IMG/VR virus record: IMGVR_UViG_3300045988_062648
Location: 26,514-90,513 of that record
Direction: 5' to 3' (one strand)
Length of the DNA stretch: 64,000 bases
Source of the DNA: a virus
The notes under the pieces are model-generated. The model worked only from the letters and a program-made list of their open reading frames with translations. It was not told where the DNA came from and searched no databases. This document shows positions 37,418 to 45,754 of the stretch, piece after piece (position 1 is the stretch's first letter; every line of letters begins with the position of its first letter). Position numbers and translations under genes: made by a program.

Positions 37418-37434
37418 CTTACAGCTTCACCAAG

Positions 37435-38505
37435 TTACACCGCAACTCCGTAACCTGCTGCACTAATAAGAGCATGGTTCATTACTTTATTAGCACCTCC
37501 ATAGCAAAGAGTATCCATACGTTTTTCTCCTTCACTATTATCTACATTAGAATAATAACCTGTTATAGCATTATATGCTCCCCAAGCTGTACCCATTATT
37601 CTATCTTGTCCTGCACCAGTATGATAATAATCCCACATAGCTACTATTTTATTAGCTTTACGCATACTTATTTTAGTAGTTTCAAGAGTATAATAGTCAC
37701 GTCTAAAGAGTTTATTTAAACCGAACACACTATCATAATCTTGTAAAGCCATTCTTTCAGCTTCTGTAAGATTAAGATTAGCAATATACTCCATTACTTG
37801 TTTGTCACTCATTTTAATCTTTGTTAGACTTTCATAAAGTTCTTTTGAATCATGAGCATATTTACAAGCTATTCTAAGAATTTCACTACCACGTTCAAGT
37901 TTTTCTTTTGCTGTACGAGTATGTCTTATACGAATATAACTATCAGCATTATCAAAAGCACTATTAAGCATATTAGTACAGAATACTCTTACAGGAGCAA
38001 ATAGAATACTAATTGAACCACTGCCATCATGAGTATTACTAAATATAAGATAAGATTTAACTGGGTCACCACTTACATCAAAATCAGCAGGTATCTTTGC
38101 ACTAATAAATATTTTATGTCCAAGACCATAATATCCAGCTGTTTGATATTGAGCTTTATCGATACCTATTGCATCATCAAAGAATTTAAAAGCATCAATA
38201 TTTTGTACAACTTCATATTTAGATTTAACCATTCCAAGAGGAATATTTTTATCAGTACGATAAGTTGCATAAGCTCCAGCACATTCACGATAAATATGAC
38301 CTTTGTGAGCAAAGTCATTACTTTGTTTATCTATCTCATTATTACCTTTAATACTGAATGGCATTTTAGCTACAAGAGGACATTTTTCAACAGTAAAATC
38401 AAGTCCTGCTTTATGCATTACTTCTTCGGCTGTACGACAATCAGTAACATCTTTACCAATACCAACAGACCAGGGAAGTCCTTTAACACTTCTATAATTA
38501 TTCAT
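37435..38505 (-). CDS. DUF932-family protein (phage/plasmid-associated)
   Basis: …LIFSNTHDGSGSISILFAPVRVFCTNML… matches the NSHDGS…R-x-C-x-N signature of DUF932. Confidence 0.5.
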   Translation of the reverse strand: MNNYRSVKGLPWSVGIGKDVTDCRTAEEVMHKAGLDFTVEKCPLVAKMPFSIKGNNEIDKQSNDFAHKGHIYRECAGAYATYRTDKNIPLGMVKSKYEVVQNIDAFKFFDDAIGIDKAQYQTAGYYGLGHKIFISAKIPADFDVSGDPVKSYLIFSNTHDGSGSISILFAPVRVFCTNMLNSAFDNADSYIRIRHTRTAKEKLERGSEILRIACKYAHDSKELYESLTKIKMSDKQVMEYIANLNLTEAERMALQDYDSVFGLNKLFRRDYYTLETTKISMRKANKIVAMWDYYHTGAGQDRIMGTAWGAYNAITGYYSNVDNSEGEKRMDTLCYGGANKVMNHALISAAGYGVAV

Positions 38506-38507
38506 AG

Positions 38508-39281
38508 TTATTTTATTATTACATTAGTTTTCTGTATAAGTTTACTAAGTTTACAATTCCCATCAGACTTTTGAGTATTCTTTAGATATTGTTTATCAAC
38601 ATCTACTTCTACTTTAAGTCTATCATTAGCAAGACGAGCTATTGTTTGAATAAGCTCACTCATTTTATCATCTTGAAGATTACGAACAGCTATAGGTATA
38701 ATAAATTTAGCTGTAGCTGCTTGAAGGTCATCTTCTGTAGCTTCTATAGGTTCTTTAAATTCATAATCTCCAGCACCATCTACACATTCTCTAGTATCAA
38801 TTTCTAAATTAGTAAGAAGATTATCGATACTTAAATCGACAGTTTCAGGTTGATTAATAAATCCAGCCCAACATATTATATGCTTAATGTCATTAGCTAA
38901 TTCTTTATAAGCATTTTCATCTACTTCAAGATTTTCAGATTTACGAGTAGAAACTTTACCTGTACCAAAATCTATAAATTTAGTTTCAGATTTAGCTGTT
39001 TCACCAAACATATCAATAGCATAAAGAATAAGTTTCTTAACTGATTCAATAGTTGCTTCTTTGCGTTTCTTTAAATCAGCAAGACGTTTAGATTCAACCT
39101 TTATTGCTTCAATATCAGACTCAAGTTGATGAACTACTTGTGTATATGCTTCAACTTTATGCTTAACACCTTCTTGATTAATATAAAGTTGTTCTTCGAT
39201 TTCAGGAGTTATTTCTCCGCCATTTTCTTCAAGTTGATTAATAATATCTTGAAGTTCATAAGCTAACTGAAAAATATTCAT
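38508..39281 (-). CDS. Gp157-like protein (siphovirus Gp157 family; recombination/host-interaction associated)
   Basis: N-terminal …ELQDIINQLEENGGEITPEIEEQL… matches the Gp157 coiled-coil signature. Confidence 0.5.
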   Translation of the reverse strand: MNIFQLAYELQDIINQLEENGGEITPEIEEQLYINQEGVKHKVEAYTQVVHQLESDIEAIKVESKRLADLKKRKEATIESVKKLILYAIDMFGETAKSETKFIDFGTGKVSTRKSENLEVDENAYKELANDIKHIICWAGFINQPETVDLSIDNLLTNLEIDTRECVDGAGDYEFKEPIEATEDDLQAATAKFIIPIAVRNLQDDKMSELIQTIARLANDRLKVEVDVDKQYLKNTQKSDGNCKLSKLIQKTNVIIK

Positions 39282-39550
39282 ATTCTATATACTTTAATTA
39301 TTTTCATATTACAAGCTATACTATTACAAGAATAATCTGCAATAGGACATTTTAAACAATTTTCTGCTCTATCTGTTATTTCTCCTTCAATAAGTAAAGA
39401 AGTTTTATTATTAACTTTATGTGTTACATAAAATACTTTAGTACCTACTGCAAGATGTTCTGTTTCATAGCTTCCATTGTATTTATTAACGTTGATGAGA
39501 ATATCATTCTCACCAACGTGTTCGGATATAAGTTTTTCTAACTTAGTCAT
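39278..39550 (-). CDS. hypothetical protein (90 aa)
   Basis: ORF overlapping neighbours by 4 nt (operon). Confidence 0.4.
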   Translation of the reverse strand: MTKLEKLISEHVGENDILINVNKYNGSYETEHLAVGTKVFYVTHKVNNKTSLLIEGEITDRAENCLKCPIADYSCNSIACNMKIIKVYRI

Positions 39551-39737
39551 TAGTTACTTCTTCTATTTCAAGTTCACTATCACTAAACATCCAAGAGCAT
39601 TCATCAGAATTAAGTCCTCTATCTCTTAGAATTTTATCTGCATCTTCATTATAAACTTCTTCTTCAGTACCAGTAAGTTTAATTACTTGAAGTTGACAAG
39701 TATTATAATTAAGAACATATAAATATTGTGTGTACAT
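39543..39737 (-). CDS. hypothetical small acidic protein (64 aa)
   Basis: ORF, operon context. Confidence 0.35.
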   Translation of the reverse strand: MYTQYLYVLNYNTCQLQVIKLTGTEEEVYNEDADKILRDRGLNSDECSWMFSDSELEIEEVTND

Positions 39738-40009
39738 TATCTTATTCTTTTACGAGGTTCTTGTGCATAACGATACATTCCACGAAGATACTCACAATTT
39801 TTCATATCTTTATTATTGGTAACACGATTACGATGAACTTTAACAATATAATTAAGCCTAAGTCCTACATATTGCATTGAACTATCACGTTTATGTTCTT
39901 GTTCTCTACGAGAAAGGTTAGGACGAGCATACCTAGCTTTTTCTAACATCAGCATCAGTTCTTCATTCATTTCAAATATCTTTTCCATAATCTTTTTTGT
40001 TTTATACAT
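39737..40009 (-). CDS. hypothetical protein (90 aa)
   Basis: ORF, operon context. Confidence 0.4.
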   Translation of the reverse strand: MYKTKKIMEKIFEMNEELMLMLEKARYARPNLSRREQEHKRDSSMQYVGLRLNYIVKVHRNRVTNNKDMKNCEYLRGMYRYAQEPRKRIR

Positions 40010-40877
40010 TATAACTAAATTTATTAAGTTCTTTTTTAATCATATTAGCAATAATTCTAGCATTAGGATGTGCTCGCTTATCAGCACGAAGTTTTATAAT
40101 ATGACGCCATTCATCTACAGAATAGGTATATACAACTTCTGTTGCAGTATCGAGAGGAAGTACACCACGAGCGTCTTGACGTTGTATACCAATATCTACA
40201 AGAAGTTTATATTTATTAAAAGAATCATTACAACTATCTCTAAAAATAGATGCTTTTTTATGAGAATCACACCATTCTTCAAAAATAGGTTTGTTATTTA
40301 GATAATCTACTTCTTCATCAGTCATCCAATGAGGACGACAAATAGTACCATCTTCATAAACATAACGAGTACTTTGTTCTGCTATATTATTAGGACTAAC
40401 TCTATTAAGTTCTCTACTTGTACTAATTTGAGTTGTAATCTTAAAAGTATATCGTATCATTTCAAATGCTCGTTCACTATAATTAGCAAACTCATTAGCA
40501 CTTATTTCGTAATTAGAAAGTTGATTAGCAAAATTTATATTATCAAGTTTCCAATTACCATTAAATACAACTATAAAAGATTTAGGATAATAATTAGCCA
40601 GTAAATCAATATCTATTCCTACTAATTTTTGATTCATTACTTTACTAACTTGATATAAACTATGAAGCCATACAGTAATCTCTTCATCAGTAGGAATTAC
40701 ACAATAATGAGTTTCATGTCTAAACATACTCCAATGATGATTTTTATATAGATTTTCTACTAGTTTTTCATCATTACCAGTTTCTTTCTTATAACAAACT
40801 CTTGCACAACGAGCAACGTGAGAAACTATGTTCTCACCTTGCTCTATCAATTCAATCTTCGGTTCTATTATTTTCAT
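40002..40877 (-). CDS. thyX: divergent ThyX-like flavin-dependent thymidylate synthase
   Basis: N-terminal NHHWSMFRHETHYCVI (HxS…H ThyX-like), …QSTRY… and C-terminal …ARGVLPLDTATEVVYTYSVDEWRHIIKLRADKRAHPNARIIA… resemble conserved ThyX blocks. The canonical RHR motif is not evident (SRELNR instead), and about 90 aa are inserted after the N-terminal His block. Confidence 0.45.
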   Translation of the reverse strand: MKIIEPKIELIEQGENIVSHVARCARVCYKKETGNDEKLVENLYKNHHWSMFRHETHYCVIPTDEEITVWLHSLYQVSKVMNQKLVGIDIDLLANYYPKSFIVVFNGNWKLDNINFANQLSNYEISANEFANYSERAFEMIRYTFKITTQISTSRELNRVSPNNIAEQSTRYVYEDGTICRPHWMTDEEVDYLNNKPIFEEWCDSHKKASIFRDSCNDSFNKYKLLVDIGIQRQDARGVLPLDTATEVVYTYSVDEWRHIIKLRADKRAHPNARIIANMIKKELNKFSYNV

Positions 40878-41017
40878 AAATACAATCTCCTATACATTTA
40901 ATATCTTTAATTACAGCAGTATATTCAAAAAATTCTTGTATAATATTTTCAACTTCTTGAAAACTACGTGCTACTACATATTTATCAGCAAGATTATTAC
41001 AACTTACTGTATAAAGT

Positions 41018-41422
41018 TTACTTTTTTGTATCACAAAATCTAAGTTTATGAGTTAATTCTTCGGTCATAAAACAATACTTTACTCCATTATCTGTTTCAA
41101 GTATAAATTCAGGATGTTCAACAAACAAAGGAAAATCTTTCTTTACACCCCAACACCTACCTGTATGATAAGGATTATTAGGTTCAGATTTTTCTTCATC
41201 TATTTCAATAATATAAATACAATCATCTTTGTGACTAGCACATTCATCACATGCTTTATTGCTAAAACCTACACATTTACCATTAAGTTCATTAACTTCT
41301 TTAGCAGCTTTTTTGGTAAGTTTTTGGTTCATTAGTATAGCAGTATCATCATCCATTTCTCTACCACATATAGGACAAGCATAGTGAACTAATGCCACAC
41401 CTATTACATCTTCTTTTGTCAT
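41018..41422 (-). CDS. zinc-ribbon / Cys-rich protein (134 aa)
   Basis: CPICG…C…C, CDEC…C cysteine pairs. Confidence 0.4.
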   Translation of the reverse strand: MTKEDVIGVALVHYACPICGREMDDDTAILMNQKLTKKAAKEVNELNGKCVGFSNKACDECASHKDDCIYIIEIDEEKSEPNNPYHTGRCWGVKKDFPLFVEHPEFILETDNGVKYCFMTEELTHKLRFCDTKK

Positions 41423-41436
41423 AATATTAAATTTTA

Positions 41437-41468
41437 GTTGGGATTTACAACCCCCGTAGAAGAAAATG
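41437..41468 (+). repeat. dispersed motif, copy 11 (forward GTTGGGATTTACAACCCCCGTAGAAGAAAATG; 51-bp intergenic gap)
   Basis: Core 41451-41462. Sits 15-46 nt upstream (on the minus strand) of the start of gene 41018-41422. Confidence 0.9.
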
Positions 41469-41473
41469 TGATA

Positions 41474-41869
41474 TTATATTTCACTATCACCTAAACATAT
41501 TTTACGAGGTCTTATATCTCCTTCATTACCATTTTCAAAAATAGGTTTCTTACTATTTGCTGCAATAGTTTCTTTATTAATCCAAGATCTAAGCATTACA
41601 CTATAATTAGCAAGGTCTTCGAGAGTATCTATAAATTTCTCGTCATCAACTACAAATGTAGTATTAAGGAAATTTACTAAACGATTAACTTTGTCATATA
41701 TACGACCAATACCATAAGCAAGACCAATCTTATTCATGCCCTCATCAAAACTATTACCATAGTCATGATTTTTCTTGGCATAAAGTTGAATCATGTCTGT
41801 CACTACATTTACAAACTCGTCTACATCTTCATTAAACAGTTTGTCGTCAATTTCAATCTCTACTTTCAT
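41474..41869 (-). CDS. putative all-alpha NTP pyrophosphohydrolase-like protein (MazG-like), tentative
   Basis: …KKNHDYGNSF…IGRIYDKVNRL… resembles MazG-like phage pyrophosphatase families. Low certainty. Confidence 0.25.
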   Translation of the reverse strand: MKVEIEIDDKLFNEDVDEFVNVVTDMIQLYAKKNHDYGNSFDEGMNKIGLAYGIGRIYDKVNRLVNFLNTTFVVDDEKFIDTLEDLANYSVMLRSWINKETIAANSKKPIFENGNEGDIRPRKICLGDSEI

Positions 41870-42090
41870 AATTACTTAATAATTTAGTTTGTACACAAAT
41901 ATACAAAAATATTTGGCACACCACTATCGGAAATTGTATTTTTTATTTTCCTTTCTAAGCGTGCCAAATTCAAGAGTGGATAAGTTGTAAGGCCGAATAA
42001 TTTTAAAGCCACAGAGGCAAAATAAAGTGGCAAATTCGACCTATATCAGACTGGAGTACCGGTCTGCCAACCCATAAGCACCAAAACAAG

Positions 42091-42525
42091 TTAGCTGTTA
42101 TTATCAGTATGATTACCAAAAATAACGGCAAAAGCATCAGCTTCTTTATTAGCAGGAACTTCAATTTCTTTACATGTTGTAGGAAATGTTTTAACATAAT
42201 TATAAAACTTAAACATAGTCATATAATCACTATCAGTTTTACTAAATAGTTCTTGAATAGTAACAGCCATTATACGACTATAAGTTTTAAACGCTTCAAA
42301 CTTATCTTTTCCAAGACTTGAATAATCACTTGTTAGAATAGCAATATTTTTATTAAGTTGAGCAAGTTGAAATTTCTCCCAACTAGTTATCTCAATATTG
42401 TTCTTCTTACAATATTCAATCATATCAGCAATCATAAAATGAAGAGCTTTTGCAACAGTCATTACAAAAGCTCTTTGAATATTAGCTGTATGAAGTATTT
42501 GTTTTTGTTCTTCTGTCATAATCAT
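42091..42525 (-). CDS. hypothetical protein (144 aa)
   Basis: ORF preceded by a terminator and a motif copy. Confidence 0.45.
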   Translation of the reverse strand: MIMTEEQKQILHTANIQRAFVMTVAKALHFMIADMIEYCKKNNIEITSWEKFQLAQLNKNIAILTSDYSSLGKDKFEAFKTYSRIMAVTIQELFSKTDSDYMTMFKFYNYVKTFPTTCKEIEVPANKEADAFAVIFGNHTDNNS

Positions 42526-42624
42526 TTCTTTAGTTCACTATCTTTTACTACAGCTAGCCATATTACTAGCAAATATAATATCGCTGCTACTGCTTCCATA
42601 GTTAAGTTAATTAAAGAGTTCAAC

Positions 42625-42654
42625 ACCACCATCTCTTCTACGGGGGCGGCTCAA
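42625..42654 (-). repeat. dispersed motif, copy 12 (reverse CTCTTCTACGGGGGCGGCTCAAG; intergenic, between a terminator and the next gene start)
   Basis: Core 42635-42646. Confidence 0.85.
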
Positions 42655-42691
42655 GAAAAATCCCAGTAACACCATGAGTATTACTGGGATT
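42652..42691 (-). terminator. rho-independent terminator (minus strand)
   Basis: Perfect 11-bp stem aatcccagtaa / ttactgggatt with an 11-nt loop. On the minus strand it is followed by TTTTTCT. It sits 4 nt after the stop of gene 42695-43045. Confidence 0.65.
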
Positions 42692-42694
42692 AAC

Positions 42695-43045
42695 TTATAT
42701 ATCTAAATAATAAACAACACTTTCTTTATCTTCATCTTCTTTACGAATATAAACATCTGTTACTTCATTTAGATATTTAAGACTTGAATCATTCCATATA
42801 GGAGATAAACTAAAATTAAATAAGTTCTTTCTTTGAGTAACGGAATGCCAATTTCTATCATCAGTTGTATCATTACTTAATATAAGATAATAATCATCTT
42901 TATGAAGTTTAGCATTATATCTCTTACCAAAAGAATAAAACTTACGATAACTTATTTCATTGCTATAAAGTTTTTTATAACGAGGGTCTATATAACTTCT
43001 CGTATATTTTTGTTCTACTGCATCATAAGCACTAAGAATAGTCAT
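42695..43045 (-). CDS. hypothetical protein (116 aa)
   Basis: ORF. Confidence 0.45.
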   Translation of the reverse strand: MTILSAYDAVEQKYTRSYIDPRYKKLYSNEISYRKFYSFGKRYNAKLHKDDYYLILSNDTTDDRNWHSVTQRKNLFNFSLSPIWNDSSLKYLNEVTDVYIRKEDEDKESVVYYLDI

Positions 43046-43054
43046 ATTAAGTTA

Positions 43055-43651
43055 TTAAATATCAATTACAAGATAATCTTGTTTACTAGTATTAAGACGT
43101 ATTATTTCATCTTGATTAGCATATCTCCAATAACAATTAGAAGATTTACGTGTCATATTACTTTTAATAGCTTTTATAATATTCGCTCTAAAACTATTTG
43201 TATATTTTTCTGCGTCATGAGCATTTTTATATACTATTCGTTTTCCATTATCAAATATTTGAGTAATAGGAATACTTCTAGAACTTTGGGCTTTTTTAGC
43301 TTTATCATTATATAACTGATTATATATATTACTACACCATTCAAGATTAGTAACTATATTATTTTCTTTATTCTCATCTTTATGATTTATTTGCGGTAAA
43401 TTATTAGGATTAGGAATAAAATGTTCAGCTACAAGTCTATGAACGTAATATCTTTTTTGTTTATTATCTTTCCAAAGATACACAAATAAATATCCAGTAC
43501 CGTTATTACCAGGTTTTAAATATTTTTCATGTATATCTGTAAAAGAACCATCTCTTCTAATAATACGTCTAGAACATGATTTAACACGCCCAAAAGAATT
43601 AATTTTATATAGTCCTTCAAAATCTTTTATATCTTTCCATTCTTCATTCAT
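43055..43651 (-). CDS. HNH homing endonuclease (NUMOD4 + HNH_3 type)
   Basis: N-terminal …WKDIKDFEGLYKINSFGRVKS… (NUMOD4-like) and …VHRLVAEHFIPNP…INHKDENKENNIVTNLEW… (HNH_3-like). Free-standing between the ligase gene and downstream genes. Confidence 0.7.
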   Translation of the reverse strand: MNEEWKDIKDFEGLYKINSFGRVKSCSRRIIRRDGSFTDIHEKYLKPGNNGTGYLFVYLWKDNKQKRYYVHRLVAEHFIPNPNNLPQINHKDENKENNIVTNLEWCSNIYNQLYNDKAKKAQSSRSIPITQIFDNGKRIVYKNAHDAEKYTNSFRANIIKAIKSNMTRKSSNCYWRYANQDEIIRLNTSKQDYLVIDI

Positions 43652-43663
43652 ATTTTTATATAT

Positions 43664-44842
43664 TTAAATAATTCTTATACCACGAGCGTGGAACGGCAAG
43701 TTATTAACACCAGAACGTTCTCTATATTCAACGAACATAAGTCGTTTAATATATTGTTCTTTATGCTTTAAAATATTCTCCTGTTCATACTGTGGTTTAT
43801 TTAAAGTAACTTCAAACAAAGCATCATTTACATCATTACGAAGTACAAATTTAGGAAGATTAGTTCTAACACCTTCAGGAATAATATCAACTATAATAAA
43901 TCTACCATCTTTAATACGTTTATATTTAAGCATGGCATTATTACGTTTATCAAATTGATATTCACTATCAGCATTACGAATAATCAATCCTTCAAAACCA
44001 AGATTTATAAACTTATCACGATACTTTGTAGCATCAGACAAATCAAATACTTTATAATCAGGTAAACAAACTATTCTATCTTTATTATTAAGATGTTCTT
44101 CGAGAGTTTTAAACTCATGTCTTTTAATACAATTATCATATCTAATATATTCTCTTATACCATAAGACATATTAGGAGTTACAATATCATACCACCAAAA
44201 CTGTAGTTGATTATGTTGAGGAAGAGTATCGTTTTTAACAAATGAATTAATAAGATTAACACTAAAGCCAGGTAAATAAAGTTCTCCATCAAGTCCAATT
44301 CCTTCTTCTATCATCATATCAACAAGTTGTTTATTAATAAACTTGTCTATTATTTCATCCATAAAAGGTAAGTCAAATACTCCTCCCTCTCTTGAATGAT
44401 AAATATAACGATGATGAGTAAACATATCATTACCTTTTTCAGCAGTAATAATGCATCTAACTCCATTTATTTTATATTGACCATGATAGTTTTTACCTTT
44501 AAATACTTTATCATCTTTAAGAACTTTAGCAAGCATTGGAAGAACAAATCCTTCTTCTGTTGTATTATTCTTAGGTAAATAAGTATTAAGATAAACTATT
44601 AAATCATGTCCAACAAGTGTTTCTGGAGCATCATCATGAAGTTCTTTTAATTCTTTATATCCTTCTTTACGTTTAAGTTTAATACGACTATTAACTTCAT
44701 TAGCTTTAACTCTCTTTTTAGCAAGAACTTCGCCATGACCTCGCGTACCAACTAAACCATATAGAATATGAATATTAATTCCATCATCTAAGATACTCCA
44801 AAATATAGGATTACCTTTAGCATCTCTTTTATACAGTATCAT
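43664..44842 (-). CDS. ATP-dependent DNA ligase (T7-like), unusual motif I KINGVR
   Basis: Nucleotidyltransferase motifs: YKINGVR (motif I; KxNG instead of KxDG), GLDGELYLPG (motif III), EGLIIRN (motif V), KYKRIKD (lysine-rich motif-VI-like). Confidence 0.55.
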   Translation of the reverse strand: MILYKRDAKGNPIFWSILDDGINIHILYGLVGTRGHGEVLAKKRVKANEVNSRIKLKRKEGYKELKELHDDAPETLVGHDLIVYLNTYLPKNNTTEEGFVLPMLAKVLKDDKVFKGKNYHGQYKINGVRCIITAEKGNDMFTHHRYIYHSREGGVFDLPFMDEIIDKFINKQLVDMMIEEGIGLDGELYLPGFSVNLINSFVKNDTLPQHNQLQFWWYDIVTPNMSYGIREYIRYDNCIKRHEFKTLEEHLNNKDRIVCLPDYKVFDLSDATKYRDKFINLGFEGLIIRNADSEYQFDKRNNAMLKYKRIKDGRFIIVDIIPEGVRTNLPKFVLRNDVNDALFEVTLNKPQYEQENILKHKEQYIKRLMFVEYRERSGVNNLPFHARGIRII

Positions 44843-45290
44843 TTTGTTTAACTATATTAAGTTTAAGTTTAAGTCCTTTAATATTAGTAAGTTTAGAACT
44901 AGCTTTATTTTGTTTTTCAAAACCAGGAAGAGTTTGTTCTTTAACTTTACGACGAGTAGTCTTAGTTTTATGAGTTTTAGTATCATAAACTATTGGAGGA
45001 TTAGCTTCTTCATAAGCAAGATTAACTTCATGAAGTTTACTTAGTTTATCTATCCATTTATCAGTATCTTCTTTTATATACTTTGTTACAACATAAAGAT
45101 AAGTACTAATATCATAACGATAAACAAAACTAATTGTTTGTTCTGGTCTAAGACCATCTGAAAGTTTGCGACTAGCATCTAAATAAAGAAGTTTCTGATT
45201 TAGATATTCTTCAATACCTTTAGCAGAAACTTCTCTTTCAACAATGCCTTTAGCAACTTCATCAAGTTTAATAATATAATCTTTTAGCAT
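44829..45290 (-). CDS. hypothetical protein (153 aa)
   Basis: ORF. Confidence 0.45.
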   Translation of the reverse strand: MLKDYIIKLDEVAKGIVEREVSAKGIEEYLNQKLLYLDASRKLSDGLRPEQTISFVYRYDISTYLYVVTKYIKEDTDKWIDKLSKLHEVNLAYEEANPPIVYDTKTHKTKTTRRKVKEQTLPGFEKQNKASSKLTNIKGLKLKLNIVKQNDTV

Positions 45291-45754
45291 ACATCCCTAA
45301 ATATAAGACATCTTTCAGGTTTTCCTAAACAAGCATGAACATATTTAGCATAAATTTCACATCTAGTAGTATCATACCACATTGGACGTTTATTTATACT
45401 AATACATTCATGTTTATTATAATCATAATTAGAAGGAACACAAACTCCACGAGTAATTAAATGGTCTAGCCAATTAAAAGTAGAAATGACATCCATATCT
45501 TCAGAATCATTATTAAAGTCTATCTCACCATAACAATAAATGTTACTAGGTTGTATAGTAAACTTTAAATTACCTCGTTTAAGTGTAATTGTTTTACCTT
45601 TATCAATAGCTTTTTCTTCTGCTTCTGTAATATATGTCATTACAACACTTTCGTTTTGTTTGCTAACAGTCTTTTTACTAACTAAAGAATAATAATCTTC
45701 TCTAACAGGTAGCTTAATAACATATTGCTTTGTGTTTAAATCGTAACTCGACAT
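45284..45754 (-). CDS. hypothetical protein (156 aa)
   Basis: ORF. Confidence 0.45.
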   Translation of the reverse strand: MSSYDLNTKQYVIKLPVREDYYSLVSKKTVSKQNESVVMTYITEAEEKAIDKGKTITLKRGNLKFTIQPSNIYCYGEIDFNNDSEDMDVISTFNWLDHLITRGVCVPSNYDYNKHECISINKRPMWYDTTRCEIYAKYVHACLGKPERCLIFRDVC

